Below the pieces are notes generated by a model. The model was not told the origin of the DNA and ran no database searches. It saw nothing but the letters and a program-made list of their open reading frames with translations. DNA of 64,000 bases from a candidate division WOR-3 bacterium (GTDB lineage Bacteria > Hydrothermota > Tepidihabitantia > Tepidihabitantales > Tepidihabitantaceae). Made by a program: the position numbers and the translations under genes. The stretch covers positions 160,406 through 224,405 of the forward strand of contig CBFGJX010000001.1 of assembly GCA_965649225.1 (NCBI GenBank). The letters are read 5' to 3'. Within the stretch, counting starts at the first letter, position 1. Every line of letters begins with the position of its first letter. Positions 38,421 to 47,981 of this stretch are shown here, in pieces.

Positions 38421-39754
38421 AAGCAAGTCCCCGGCTGTTCTTGTGCACGACGTTACTGCTTGTCAGTACCGGCCTGTCATCGCTGCCGCTCTACCGGGAT
38501 TCACTTCCCAACGGACTCATCGTCATCACCTGCGAGGACAATCGTCTGGCAATTGTCGACATCGCCCTCGTCTGCCGGAGCGGTCACGACGCCGACCCGC
38601 TCGACCATGCCGGACTGGCGTTCTTCACTGCTCAAATGCTGACCCGCGGAACCCGGACAATGTCAGCTGATTCTTTCGCTGCTGCGATTGAGTTCCTGGG
38701 CGCAAGGGTCTCAGGCACGGCCGCCAAGGATAACAGCAGCCTTTCCGGGCGCTTTCTGTCTCGTGATTTTCCCGCCGGTCTCGACCTGCTGGCCGAAGCA
38801 GTGCTGAATCCGGCGTTTGATTCCACCGAAGCAGAACTTGTCCGGCAGGGACTCTTGGCCGGTGCCCGCCGCCGGTCTGATTTCCCGTCCTGGCAAGTCA
38901 CCCAAGAACTGGACAAACTGCTGTTCCCCGACCACCCGTTTTCGACCAGCCTGGCCGGCGACACAACATCACTGGCCGCTATCGGCCGGACCGACCTGGT
39001 CGCATTCCATCGCCGTCACTACCTGCCCAATAACTGCTTTATCGTCGTTGTCGGCGACATCAAGCACGAAGCGGTACTCAGCGAAGTGAACCGCCGGTTT
39101 GGCCAGTGGCAGCGAGCCGAAGTGCCAGTCCTCGCTCTACCCGAACCCTCCCTGCCCCCGGGAATCTGTGTTCGACTGATAACTCGCAACGACCTCAACC
39201 AGACCTACATCGCGCTCGGGCATCCCGGAATCAGCATGTTGGATTCGGACATGCTCGCTGCCCGTCTCGGTTCCTACATTCTGGGCGGCTCGGCGCTCTC
39301 ATCGCGGCTGGGAATTGCTGTCCGTGAAAAGGCCGGCCTCGCCTACGACGTCCGCTGCTGGTTTGAACGCCTGCGGGTACGCAGCGCTTTCTATGCCACG
39401 GTCCAAACTTCCCGACCCGACCAGGCGCTTCGTCTGATGATCGACGAAATCAGCGCAATGCGTGACAGCGGCCCGACCGCCGAAGAAGTCAGCAAGGCCC
39501 GCAGCTTCTACACCGGCAGTTTTCCGCTCAGCTACAGCGCCAATAGCGGCAAACTGCGCGAGGTCATCAACTTGGAGCTCTATGGCCTCGGCCTCGATTG
39601 GCTTGAACAGTTTCCGGAACGTATCCGGGCAATTACGGACAAAGAAATCCGGCAAGCGATGGCCAGCCGTCTCTTCCCGGAACGCTGCTATGTCGTGATT
39701 ATCGGCAATGTTAAGGCCGAAGACCTGAAGTTGACCGGCGTAACCTGGCTCTAG
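38417..39754 (+). CDS. M16 peptidase, non-catalytic partner subunit
   Basis: HxxEH absent (GLAFFTAQML); VREKAGLAY present; signal peptide; ATGA overlap. Confidence 0.9.
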   Translation: MKASPRLFLCTTLLLVSTGLSSLPLYRDSLPNGLIVITCEDNRLAIVDIALVCRSGHDADPLDHAGLAFFTAQMLTRGTRTMSADSFAAAIEFLGARVSGTAAKDNSSLSGRFLSRDFPAGLDLLAEAVLNPAFDSTEAELVRQGLLAGARRRSDFPSWQVTQELDKLLFPDHPFSTSLAGDTTSLAAIGRTDLVAFHRRHYLPNNCFIVVVGDIKHEAVLSEVNRRFGQWQRAEVPVLALPEPSLPPGICVRLITRNDLNQTYIALGHPGISMLDSDMLAARLGSYILGGSALSSRLGIAVREKAGLAYDVRCWFERLRVRSAFYATVQTSRPDQALRLMIDEISAMRDSGPTAEEVSKARSFYTGSFPLSYSANSGKLREVINLELYGLGLDWLEQFPERIRAITDKEIRQAMASRLFPERCYVVIIGNVKAEDLKLTGVTWL

Positions 39755-39889
39755 CCCCGGTCGTCTCGGCCACCTGTCCCTTCAGGTTTCGCGAAAACGA
39801 CCAAAAACCAGAACGCTACCGTTTGCTGCCCGAATCCGCCCGCAGAAACGCTGTCGTTTTCCAGCCGGTTGTGCTGGAGACGGCAGCAG

Positions 39890-41011
39890 CTAGTCGTTCT
39901 TTTCGGCTGGAACCTGATGCTTCGGGCTGCTCGTGAACGGCAGTTCGAGCCACGCCCGGTGCGGTCTGCCCGCCCGCTGTGCCGGCCGGTACTTTGCCGC
40001 CCGGGCCAGCCGCAGGGCATAGTCATCCACCGCCCTGCTGCCACTTGACCGCACCAGTTGAATCCGGCTGGGCCGTCCATCGCTTTCGATCATGACGCGG
40101 ACGACTGCTGTACCGGTCTCGGCCGGCGGTTCGATTGCGCTCGGCTTCTCCACCAGTGCCGCGGGTACTTCAGCTGCCCGGTCGTCTTCATTTTCATTCG
40201 GTCGTTTCGGTGAAACAGCAATACCCGGACCCGGTCTGGACAGAGTTTCCGTCCCGACAGAGCTGACTCTTTGCCGGCGCGGCAGCACGGGCATCGGAGG
40301 TGGGACCGCCCCGGACTTTTCCCTCCGCCTGGGTTCCGCTGCAGTCGCAACGACTTGGCCCTGGCTGTCTCTCTCGTTCGTTGCTTCCAAACGCTCGTCA
40401 GCTGTGGCACGGTCAACATCCACCGGCGCTGTCGCACCGGCAGTCGGCGAAGACAAAGCGGCTGTTTGTTCTGAAGGCTCTCCTTCGCCCGTTCCTGCCG
40501 GCCTGCCGTGCTTTGGCTCGGCTGGCGTCCTCACCCCGACCCCCCCGTCCTTGCCACTTTCCGGAACTCGCGTTCGAGCGATAGCAGGCTTCTCCACACT
40601 ATCAATCCCGGTCAATTCCGGTGCTGCGACTGACGGCCGCAATGTTGGATGCTGAACGGCAAACCGCCAGCCGACAAAAACCACAAGCACCAACAGCGCT
40701 GCACCCCCGAGGACGGCAGTATAACGCATCCAGACTGGACCAAGGGCCGGTCTGACCGACCACCAGCGCCGACGGTCATGGCGCAACCGGTTCAGCACCC
40801 GCCGGCGCTGCCAGAAGAAGAAAGCTTCGTCCGGTTCGACCGGTTCGGCCCGAGCAACCAGCTCATGCAGAGAACTCAACTCCGCAATCTCACGCTGCGC
40901 CACCGGGCAGCCGGCAATATGCTGCTCAACCGCCCGGCGCTCGCGCTCGTCAAGCTCGCCGTCGAGATAACGCTCAAGCAGAGGATGTAAACGGCGGCAA
41001 TCGTTCTTCAC
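39890..41011 (-). CDS. zf-HC2/ZAS-like anti-sigma factor with a TM, a long linker and a C-terminal TonB_C-like domain
   Basis: LERYLDGEL...HIAGCPVA; TM; Pro/Ala/Glu-rich linker; VRVMIESDG...RSSGSRAVDDYAL...YRPA...ELPF. Confidence 0.8.
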   Translation of the reverse strand: MKNDCRRLHPLLERYLDGELDERERRAVEQHIAGCPVAQREIAELSSLHELVARAEPVEPDEAFFFWQRRRVLNRLRHDRRRWWSVRPALGPVWMRYTAVLGGAALLVLVVFVGWRFAVQHPTLRPSVAAPELTGIDSVEKPAIARTRVPESGKDGGVGVRTPAEPKHGRPAGTGEGEPSEQTAALSSPTAGATAPVDVDRATADERLEATNERDSQGQVVATAAEPRRREKSGAVPPPMPVLPRRQRVSSVGTETLSRPGPGIAVSPKRPNENEDDRAAEVPAALVEKPSAIEPPAETGTAVVRVMIESDGRPSRIQLVRSSGSRAVDDYALRLARAAKYRPAQRAGRPHRAWLELPFTSSPKHQVPAEKND

Positions 41012-41586
41012 TTTCGCCCCCCGGGCAGATAATCGTGCAGAATGATTCGCAGCCGGTTGCGGGCACGATTCAGTCTTGACATAACTGTCCCAACGGGAAT
41101 TCCGAGCACGGCACCGATTTCCCGGTAGTTGAGCTCCTCCTTGACACGCAGGATAAAGACCGCTCGCTGCTCCGGCGGCAGTTGCAGCAATGCCGCATCG
41201 AGGTCGCGCAACAGCGTTGCATCAACCGGTGGCGAGTTTGTCTCTGGTGTCAGCCGGTTCTCGCCATCAAACTCAGACTCCGGCAGCGGCGACAACTTCA
41301 GTCGCTGCCGACGTTTTAGCTCGTTCAGGCAGACATTCACCGCGATACGGCGCAGCCAGGTGTAGAATCGCCAGGATGGGTCATAGCGACCGATGGCGCG
41401 GAATGCCCGAATGAACGTCTCCTGGGTCATATCATCAGCGTCAGCATTTGACCGCATCAGTGAATAGGTGACCTTATAGACACTCCGCGCATACCGACGC
41501 ATCAATTCGTCAAATGCGGCGGTTTCGCCCTGTTTTGCCCGATTTACCAGCTCAACATCAGTTGGCTGGCTGTCGGGCTCCGCCAC
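41008..41586 (-). CDS. ECF sigma-70 family RNA polymerase sigma factor
   Basis: AFDELMRRY, ADDMTQETF, FYTWLRRIAVN, YREIG...GTVMSRLNRAR. Start GTG 41586 or 41664. Confidence 0.93.
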   Translation of the reverse strand: MAEPDSQPTDVELVNRAKQGETAAFDELMRRYARSVYKVTYSLMRSNADADDMTQETFIRAFRAIGRYDPSWRFYTWLRRIAVNVCLNELKRRQRLKLSPLPESEFDGENRLTPETNSPPVDATLLRDLDAALLQLPPEQRAVFILRVKEELNYREIGAVLGIPVGTVMSRLNRARNRLRIILHDYLPGGRK

Positions 41587-41623
41587 TCGATTTACCGCTG
41601 AAAGGGGAGCGCTATTCCGGCGT

Positions 41624-42934
41624 TTATCCGAAACGCCGACCCTGGAACTTGCCGCCCTTGACAAGCCCTTCGTAATGGCGCATCACCAGATTGGCTTCAA
41701 TCTGCTGCAGCGTGTCGAGCGCCACGCCGACAACGATCATCAGGGTCGTGCCACCGAAGTAGAAGGGCACCCGGAAGATGCTCATCATGTACCATGGCAT
41801 CAATGCCATCAGCACAAGAAACAAAGCTCCCGGCAGTGTCAGCAACGACAGGCTCCGGTCGATGAACTGGGCGGTCTTCTCACCGGGCCGGATGCCGGGA
41901 ATGAAACCGCCATAGCGCTGCATGTTATCAGCCAGGTCGCGCGGGTTGAAGACAATCGATGTGTAGAAGTAGGTAAAGAAGATGATCAGCCCGGCATAAA
42001 GCACATTATAGAGCCAGCCGCCGGGATTAAGCACGTTCTGGACTGACTGCAGGAACGGGACACGGATGAATGCGGCAACAGTCGAAGGAAACACAACCAG
42101 ACTCTGAGCAAATATTATCGGGATGACCCCGGCCGTGATCAGCCGCAGCGGTATGTGGGTTGACTGACCGCCGTACATCTTGCGGCCGACTATCCGCTTG
42201 GGATACTGGACCGGAATCTTGCGCACCGCCATCGTCGTCATCACGTTGAGCGCATAGACGGCGAAAACTATCAACGCAATCATTACCAGTGCGAGCCAGG
42301 AGACTTCGCCGGCACGCACCATCGCAAATGTCCGACCAATGTCCTGCGGGGTCGAATCAAGACAGCCGACAAAAATCAGGAAAGAAATCCCGTTACCGAT
42401 ACCACGGTCGGTTATCTGCTCGCCGAGCCACATCGCAAATATCGTCCCGGCTGTCAGTGTGACGATCGCCAGCAGCCGAAAAAAGAAACCCGGATTGGAG
42501 ACAATCGGGCCAAACTGAGTGGCCGGTTGGTTCTCGAGGTAAATGGCGATACTAGCCGACTGAATCACGGCAAGCGCCACAGTGGCATAGCGGGTATACT
42601 GATTGATCTTCTTCCGCCCTTCCTCATCCCGTTGCAGCTTCTCCAGAAACGGGAAAACCGACCCCAGGAGCTGAAAAACGATTGAGGCCGAGATGTAGGG
42701 CATTATTCCCAGAGCAAAGAGCGATGCCCGCGACAGCGCCCCGCCGACGAAAATGTCGTAGAGCCCGAAAACCGTGCCGCGCATCTGGCCCAGAATGTAA
42801 CCGAGCGCCTGAGCATTGATACCCGGCACCGGAACATGCCCACCGAGGCGATACACTACAACCATCGCCAGCGTGAAAAGTATCTTCCGGCGCAGGTCCG
42901 GAATCTTGAAGATGTTGGGAATACTGGCTGTCAC
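41624..42934 (-). CDS. secY: Preprotein translocase SecY
   Basis: SLFALGIMPYISASI, WLGEQIT..GIGNGIS, GFIPGIRPG, GGTTLMIVVGV. Confidence 0.98.
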   Translation of the reverse strand: MTASIPNIFKIPDLRRKILFTLAMVVVYRLGGHVPVPGINAQALGYILGQMRGTVFGLYDIFVGGALSRASLFALGIMPYISASIVFQLLGSVFPFLEKLQRDEEGRKKINQYTRYATVALAVIQSASIAIYLENQPATQFGPIVSNPGFFFRLLAIVTLTAGTIFAMWLGEQITDRGIGNGISFLIFVGCLDSTPQDIGRTFAMVRAGEVSWLALVMIALIVFAVYALNVMTTMAVRKIPVQYPKRIVGRKMYGGQSTHIPLRLITAGVIPIIFAQSLVVFPSTVAAFIRVPFLQSVQNVLNPGGWLYNVLYAGLIIFFTYFYTSIVFNPRDLADNMQRYGGFIPGIRPGEKTAQFIDRSLSLLTLPGALFLVLMALMPWYMMSIFRVPFYFGGTTLMIVVGVALDTLQQIEANLVMRHYEGLVKGGKFQGRRFG

Positions 42935-43368
42935 TTGACGACCTCTACCGTGCCGCCGGCTTGCTCAATTTTCTCACGGGCCGAACGACTGAATGCATGC
43001 GCCACAACGCGCACTGGCCGTGACAGTTCTCCCTGACCCAGCACTTTTACCGGCATGCGCCGGGGAACCAACCCGCGCTCATGCAGCAATGCCGGTGTTA
43101 CATTGTCAGTTTTCAGCGCCTCAAGCGCCGTCAGGTTCACCACCGCATACTCACAGCGAGTCGGGTTGTTGAAACCGCGCTTCGGTATGCGCCGATAGAA
43201 CGGCATCTGGCCGCCCTCGAACCGGGCATCGAACTCGGACGCTGAATGCTGGCCGGATCCCTTGTGCCCCCGACCCGATGTCTTGCCATGGCCGGAACTG
43301 GGACCGCAGCCGACGCGCTTGCGATAACGCCGTGCGCCGGGCTCTGGCTTCAAATCACCCAGCCTCAC
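42931..43368 (-). CDS. rplO: 50S ribosomal protein L15
   Basis: [26 protein letters not shown]. Confidence 0.97.
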   Translation of the reverse strand: MRLGDLKPEPGARRYRKRVGCGPSSGHGKTSGRGHKGSGQHSASEFDARFEGGQMPFYRRIPKRGFNNPTRCEYAVVNLTALEALKTDNVTPALLHERGLVPRRMPVKVLGQGELSRPVRVVAHAFSRSAREKIEQAGGTVEVVK

Positions 43369-43544
43369 AGTTCCTCCACCTTTACCAGATGTTTGACCTT
43401 GAAAATCATGCCCCTGACTGCAGGAGTCGCATCGTGGACACGGACGGCACCCAGCCGGCGGAGTCCCAGCGCACGCGCCGTCCGCTTGATTGGGTCCTTC
43501 TGGTCAATAAGGCTCTTAGCCAGTGTAACCTTCAGTCGTTTCAT
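43365..43544 (-). CDS. rpmD: 50S ribosomal protein L30
   Basis: [13 protein letters not shown]...ALGLRR...[12 protein letters not shown]. Confidence 0.95.
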   Translation of the reverse strand: MKRLKVTLAKSLIDQKDPIKRTARALGLRRLGAVRVHDATPAVRGMIFKVKHLVKVEEL

Positions 43545-44070
43545 GTTCCTCACGCGCCACAAAATGGCGCACCGGCTTGTTACGGGCAGCAGCAATCTGA
43601 CCGATATCACGAACCGCTGCCAAGGCCCGGATTGTGGCACGAGCAGTATTGTAGGGATTACGGGAGCCGAGTGACTTTGACAAGGCGTCGCTCAGCCCGG
43701 CGGCATGGAGAACGGCGCGAACCTGGGGGCAGGCAATCAGCCCGGTGCCGGGTGCGGCCGGCTTCACCAGGACCCGACTGGCGGCATACTTCCCCTGCGT
43801 CTCATGAGGGATCGTATGTCCCTTGATCGCCACCTTGATCATGTCCTTGCGCGCACGCGAACTGGCCTTGCGCACCGCCGCCGCCACCTCCGACGCCTTG
43901 CCGTGTCCGAGGCCGACATGCCCCCGACCGTCACCGACGACTACGGAAGCCGACAGCTTCATTCGCTTGCCGCCCTTCATGACCTTGGAAACACGCTTGA
44001 TGTTTATGACGTGCTCGATAAGCTCCTGCTCGCCAGAGCCAACACCCATCTGCTCGCTGCTCTGTCTCAA
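43516..44070 (-). CDS. rpsE: 30S ribosomal protein S5
   Basis: [27 protein letters not shown]. Confidence 0.97.
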   Translation of the reverse strand: MRQSSEQMGVGSGEQELIEHVINIKRVSKVMKGGKRMKLSASVVVGDGRGHVGLGHGKASEVAAAVRKASSRARKDMIKVAIKGHTIPHETQGKYAASRVLVKPAAPGTGLIACPQVRAVLHAAGLSDALSKSLGSRNPYNTARATIRALAAVRDIGQIAAARNKPVRHFVAREEHETTEGYTG

Positions 44071-44414
44071 AACTCCAAACCTCCCTCGCGGGCACCTTCG
44101 GCTACCGCTTTGACGCGACCGTGATAGCGATAACCAGCCCGGTCAAAAACCACCTTCGTCACTCCCAGTGCCTTGGCACGCGCCGCAATCAGTCGGCCAA
44201 CTTCCCGCGACGCGTCGGTCTTTTTCATCTTCTTCTCGCGTAGTTCGCCGGCATTCGTACCGACAGCAGTGAGTACCCGCTGCCGGGTATCGTCGACGAT
44301 CATCGCATAGATATGAGCATTGCTGCGTCGAACGCACAGCCGCGGCCGTTCGGCCGTACCGCTGATGCGGTGACGCAGACTCAGGTGACGCCGCAAACGC
44401 CTGTCTTTCAACAT
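44067..44414 (-). CDS. rplR: 50S ribosomal protein L18
   Basis: [30 protein letters not shown]. Confidence 0.97.
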   Translation of the reverse strand: MLKDRRLRRHLSLRHRISGTAERPRLCVRRSNAHIYAMIVDDTRQRVLTAVGTNAGELREKKMKKTDASREVGRLIAARAKALGVTKVVFDRAGYRYHGRVKAVAEGAREGGLEF

Positions 44415-44421
44415 TCCGGGT

Positions 44422-44449
44422 ATGCTATTTAGGAAACTCTCAGTGTCAA
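44422..44449 (-). promoter_or_regulatory. Promoter immediately upstream of rplR (probably leaderless)
   Basis: TTGACA-N16-TAGCAT, then 7 nt to the ATG; no SD. Confidence 0.65.
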
Positions 44450-44465
44450 GCCGCGCATTGCCAGC

Positions 44466-45413
44466 CTATACCAGCGCATCAGCCAGAATTCGGAATATCA
44501 ACTCATCATACGAAATACCGGCGGCCTCGGCTTCCGCCGGCAGATCAGAGATATCAGTCAGGCCGGGCAGAGTGTTTATCTCAAGGAAATACGGCTGCTT
44601 ACCATTCTTGACGACAAGGTCAATCCGGGCAAACCCCTTGCAGCCGACCCGCTTGAAAGCACGCATGGCCATTTCCCGTATCTGCTGTTCGACCTTGGCG
44701 TCGAGTCGCGCCGGCACGATGAAATCGGTCTCCCCACGGGTGTACTTGGCTTCGTAGTCATAGAACTTCTGCCGCTTCGGCACCAGCTCAAGTATCGGCA
44801 GGGTTTCATTGACCAGTATCCCAACAGTCGCGACCATGCCGGGGATGAACTGCTCCAGCAGAATGTCGCCAAAACCCCGCCGGACCCTTTCGCACCGCTC
44901 GGCAGCTCCCCGCTTGCCCTCCAGCAGCTCGATGCCGACCGATGAACCCTCGGAACGCGGCTTGGCGATCATCGGGTAGCCAAAACGTTTCTCGGCTTCG
45001 GCGAGAACCGGAGCGATCGGTTCTTCAGCTCCAATCACGACGTCGTCGGGCGTCGGAATACCCCAGCGCCGGAACAACTCCTTGGTAAATACCTTGTCCA
45101 TGCAGATCGCCGACGCCGTTACCCCCGACCCGGTGTAAGGTATTCCCAGCATCTCGAGGTAGCCCTGAATCGATCCGTCCTCGCCGGGCCGGCCGTGGAG
45201 AATCACGAAAGCAAGGTCGATCTTGGCATCCTTGATTTGCGTGACAAAATTGCGGTTGATGTCGATTCCAACTGCCTGAAAACCCTGACTCTTGAGTGAA
45301 CTCAATACGCGTTGCCCGGAAAGCAGCGATACTTCGCGCTCGCTCGACCAGCCACCCATTATCACGCCAATCCGACGCTTGCGCAGCCGCCGGACTATGT
45401 CACTTCTACTCAT
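44466..45413 (-). CDS. ddl: D-alanine--D-alanine ligase
   Basis: GGWSSEREVS, LHGRPGEDG, EGSSVG, FYDYEAKY, EINTLPG. Confidence 0.95.
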   Translation of the reverse strand: MSRSDIVRRLRKRRIGVIMGGWSSEREVSLLSGQRVLSSLKSQGFQAVGIDINRNFVTQIKDAKIDLAFVILHGRPGEDGSIQGYLEMLGIPYTGSGVTASAICMDKVFTKELFRRWGIPTPDDVVIGAEEPIAPVLAEAEKRFGYPMIAKPRSEGSSVGIELLEGKRGAAERCERVRRGFGDILLEQFIPGMVATVGILVNETLPILELVPKRQKFYDYEAKYTRGETDFIVPARLDAKVEQQIREMAMRAFKRVGCKGFARIDLVVKNGKQPYFLEINTLPGLTDISDLPAEAEAAGISYDELIFRILADALV

Positions 45414-45456
45414 CTCAGGCTCCTTTCCGACAAGGTGACCAATTCAAAACGCAATC

Positions 45457-46854
45457 TCACCATTGCCCAGTCATCAGGTAGTCGTTGATGGAACGGGCCG
45501 CAATGCGGCCCGCACCCATGGCCAGGATGACTGTGGCGGCACCGGTAACGATGTCACCGCCGGCAAAAACCCCCTTCTTGGAAGTCCGGCCGGTCTTGGG
45601 ATCGGCGACGATGTTGCCGTGGCGGGCAACCTCCAGCCCCGGTGTCGTCTGAGGAATCAGCGGGTTTGGACTTTGACCGATGGCCACAACAACCGTGTCA
45701 ACCGGTATCCGGAATTCGCTGCCCTCAACTCTGACCGGCCGCCGACGCCCGCTTTGATCCGGCTCGCCCAGCTCCATCCGGACACACTCAACCTCCTTGA
45801 CCCAGCCTTGTTCGTCACCCAGATACCGAACGGGCAGCGTCAGGAACCGGAAATCAAGTCCTTCCTGTTCGGCATGATGGATCTCGGCCTCACGGGCGGG
45901 CATTTCCTCGCGCGACCGCCGATAGATAATCATCGAACGCTCGGCACCCAGCCGCAGCGCAGTACGCGCGGCGTCCATGGCAACGTTTCCCCCGCCAATG
46001 ACCGCCACCTGCTTGCCTCGAACTATCGGCGTATCGTACCTCGGGAAGAGATAAGCCTTCATCAGATTCGAGCGAGTCAGGTACTCGTTGGCCGAATAGA
46101 CACCGTTGAGATTCTCGCCCGGTATCCCCATGAACCAGGGCAAACCTGCACCCGTGCCGATGAACACGGCATCATACTCGGCCAGCAGCTCGTCGACGGT
46201 ACGAGTCTTGCCGACAACGTAGCTGGTGACGAGCTTCGCCCCCATGTCCTGAACGAACTTCACCTCCCGCTCGACAATCGTCTTGGGTAGCCGAAACTCG
46301 GGAATGCCATAAACCAGCACTCCACCGGGCTTGTGCAGGGCCTCAAAGATCGTCACGTCATGCCCGAGGCGCAACAAATCGCCGGCAACCGTCAATCCGG
46401 CCGGCCCCGAACCCACAACCGCCACCCGCTTCCCGGTCGGCGGCAGCTTCTCGCACATGTAGCACTGCCCCTGTTCCGCTTCCCAGTCAGCAATGAACCG
46501 TTCCAGGTTCCCCACTGCCACCGGCTCAGCCTTACGGCCCAGCACACACTCCCCCTCGCACTGTTCCTCCTGAGGACAGACGCGGCCGCATATCGCCGGC
46601 AGCATATTGGTGGCTTTCATCACCTTGACTGCCTCCCAGAAATTGCCCAGCGCAATCTGGCCGATGAATCCAGGGATGTCGACGTTGACCGGACACCCCG
46701 CAACACAGCTCGGCTTCCGGCACTGCAGACACCGTTTTGCCTCGGCGACCGCTTCCTCAGGCGAATATCCGAACGGCACCTCGTCGAAATTGTGAATCCG
46801 CTCGGCCGGCGGCTGCTCGCGCATCACGGTCCGTTCAGCAGCTATTCTAGCCAT
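45457..46854 (-). CDS. nfnB: NfnB / SudA-like (GltD-family) NADPH-dependent flavo-Fe-S oxidoreductase large subunit
   Basis: EAKRCLQC, CGRVCPQEEQCE, GSGPAG, YGIPEFRLP, GGGNVAMD; paired with an NfnA-like gene. Confidence 0.88.
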   Translation of the reverse strand: MARIAAERTVMREQPPAERIHNFDEVPFGYSPEEAVAEAKRCLQCRKPSCVAGCPVNVDIPGFIGQIALGNFWEAVKVMKATNMLPAICGRVCPQEEQCEGECVLGRKAEPVAVGNLERFIADWEAEQGQCYMCEKLPPTGKRVAVVGSGPAGLTVAGDLLRLGHDVTIFEALHKPGGVLVYGIPEFRLPKTIVEREVKFVQDMGAKLVTSYVVGKTRTVDELLAEYDAVFIGTGAGLPWFMGIPGENLNGVYSANEYLTRSNLMKAYLFPRYDTPIVRGKQVAVIGGGNVAMDAARTALRLGAERSMIIYRRSREEMPAREAEIHHAEQEGLDFRFLTLPVRYLGDEQGWVKEVECVRMELGEPDQSGRRRPVRVEGSEFRIPVDTVVVAIGQSPNPLIPQTTPGLEVARHGNIVADPKTGRTSKKGVFAGGDIVTGAATVILAMGAGRIAARSINDYLMTGQW

Positions 46855-47713
46855 GACGACACTCCCGGTGTGCCCCGCAGCAGGAACCTTGCTGCCGCTC
46901 AAACAGTTCAAGCGACTGCCGCTCCTGGGGCAGATAGACTTTCAATCTCGCTGCGAGCAGGTCGAAATCAACCTTGTGGCCGTCAAACTCCGGTCCGTCG
47001 ACGCAGGCAAATTTGGTCTCGCCGCCAACCTCGACCCGACAGACGCCACACATTCCAGTGGCATCAAGCATAATCGGATTCAGGCTGACAACGGTCGGAA
47101 TGGCCAACGGTCTGGTAACCTCGGAAACCATTTTCATCATGATTACCGGTCCGACGGCAAAAACGCGGTCGACCCGTTCAGTTCTGGCGAGAACGCCCTT
47201 CAAGGCATCAGTAACAAATCCGCGCTGGCCATAACTGCCGTCGTCGGTACAGACAATCAACTCATCTGCTGCCGCCGCCATTTCCTTCTCCATCAGAACC
47301 AGCTCGCGGGTTCGAAAGCCGATAATCGCTACGACCCGGTTACCGGCAGCCTTCAGAGCCCGGGCAACCGGAAGTATTTCCGGTGTCCCGACTCCCCCGC
47401 CGATGCAAACCACGGTACCGAACTTCTCGATATGCGACGGCTGCCCCAGCGGCCCGATGAAATCCAGAACCGAATCGCCGACTTCAAGGGTACCCAGCAG
47501 CCGGGTGGATTTACCGACCTCCTGAAAGACCACCGTCACCACACCTCGTGCCGGATCGGTACCAGCGATTGTCAGCGGAATTCGCTCGCCCTCCTCATTT
47601 ACCCGCAACACCACGAATTGACCGGGCAGAGCCTTCGCTGCTATCTCCGGTGCGGCAAGCTCCAGAAGCTTGATCGACGACGATAAAACCTGCTTCTCAA
47701 CTATCTTTGTCAG
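46847..47713 (-). CDS. nfnA: NfnA / SudB-like FAD/NAD-binding small subunit
   Basis: PGQFV, GERIPLTI, GPLG, GGGVG, MLDATGMCGVCRV, FACVDGPEFD. The frame extends upstream of the ORF-track start to a CTG after AGGAGG. Confidence 0.88.
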   Translation of the reverse strand: MTKIVEKQVLSSSIKLLELAAPEIAAKALPGQFVVLRVNEEGERIPLTIAGTDPARGVVTVVFQEVGKSTRLLGTLEVGDSVLDFIGPLGQPSHIEKFGTVVCIGGGVGTPEILPVARALKAAGNRVVAIIGFRTRELVLMEKEMAAAADELIVCTDDGSYGQRGFVTDALKGVLARTERVDRVFAVGPVIMMKMVSEVTRPLAIPTVVSLNPIMLDATGMCGVCRVEVGGETKFACVDGPEFDGHKVDFDLLAARLKVYLPQERQSLELFERQQGSCCGAHRECRHG

Positions 47714-47981
47714 AAAGCCTCCTGGTCGGGTTGTGCCCTGCGAAACCTTTTTCAGCCAAGTGCGGCACTGTTGGACAGTTGCACCTCAAGGTCAACACGG
47801 CAGGAAAAGGACCGCGGCGTGCGGGAAGTATACTCACAATCTACGAATTGTCAACCCCCCGTTCCGCCTTTTTCGATTCCAGAAACTGCCCCCGCGGAAC
47901 GCGTGGTGCTGTTTCCGCCCTCCAGCCGGACCCACACCGACGAGCAGCTTGCCTCTTTGCTCGCCGGTGCTACACTCAGGC

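Noticed and set aside
45457..46854. Glutamate synthase small subunit call
   Set aside because: No gltB is adjacent, and pairing with an NfnA/SudB-like gene favours NfnAB.
47670..47981. N-terminal extension of mazG in the ORF track
   Set aside because: It overlaps the nfnA start and the divergent promoters; MazG similarity begins at GTG 47982.
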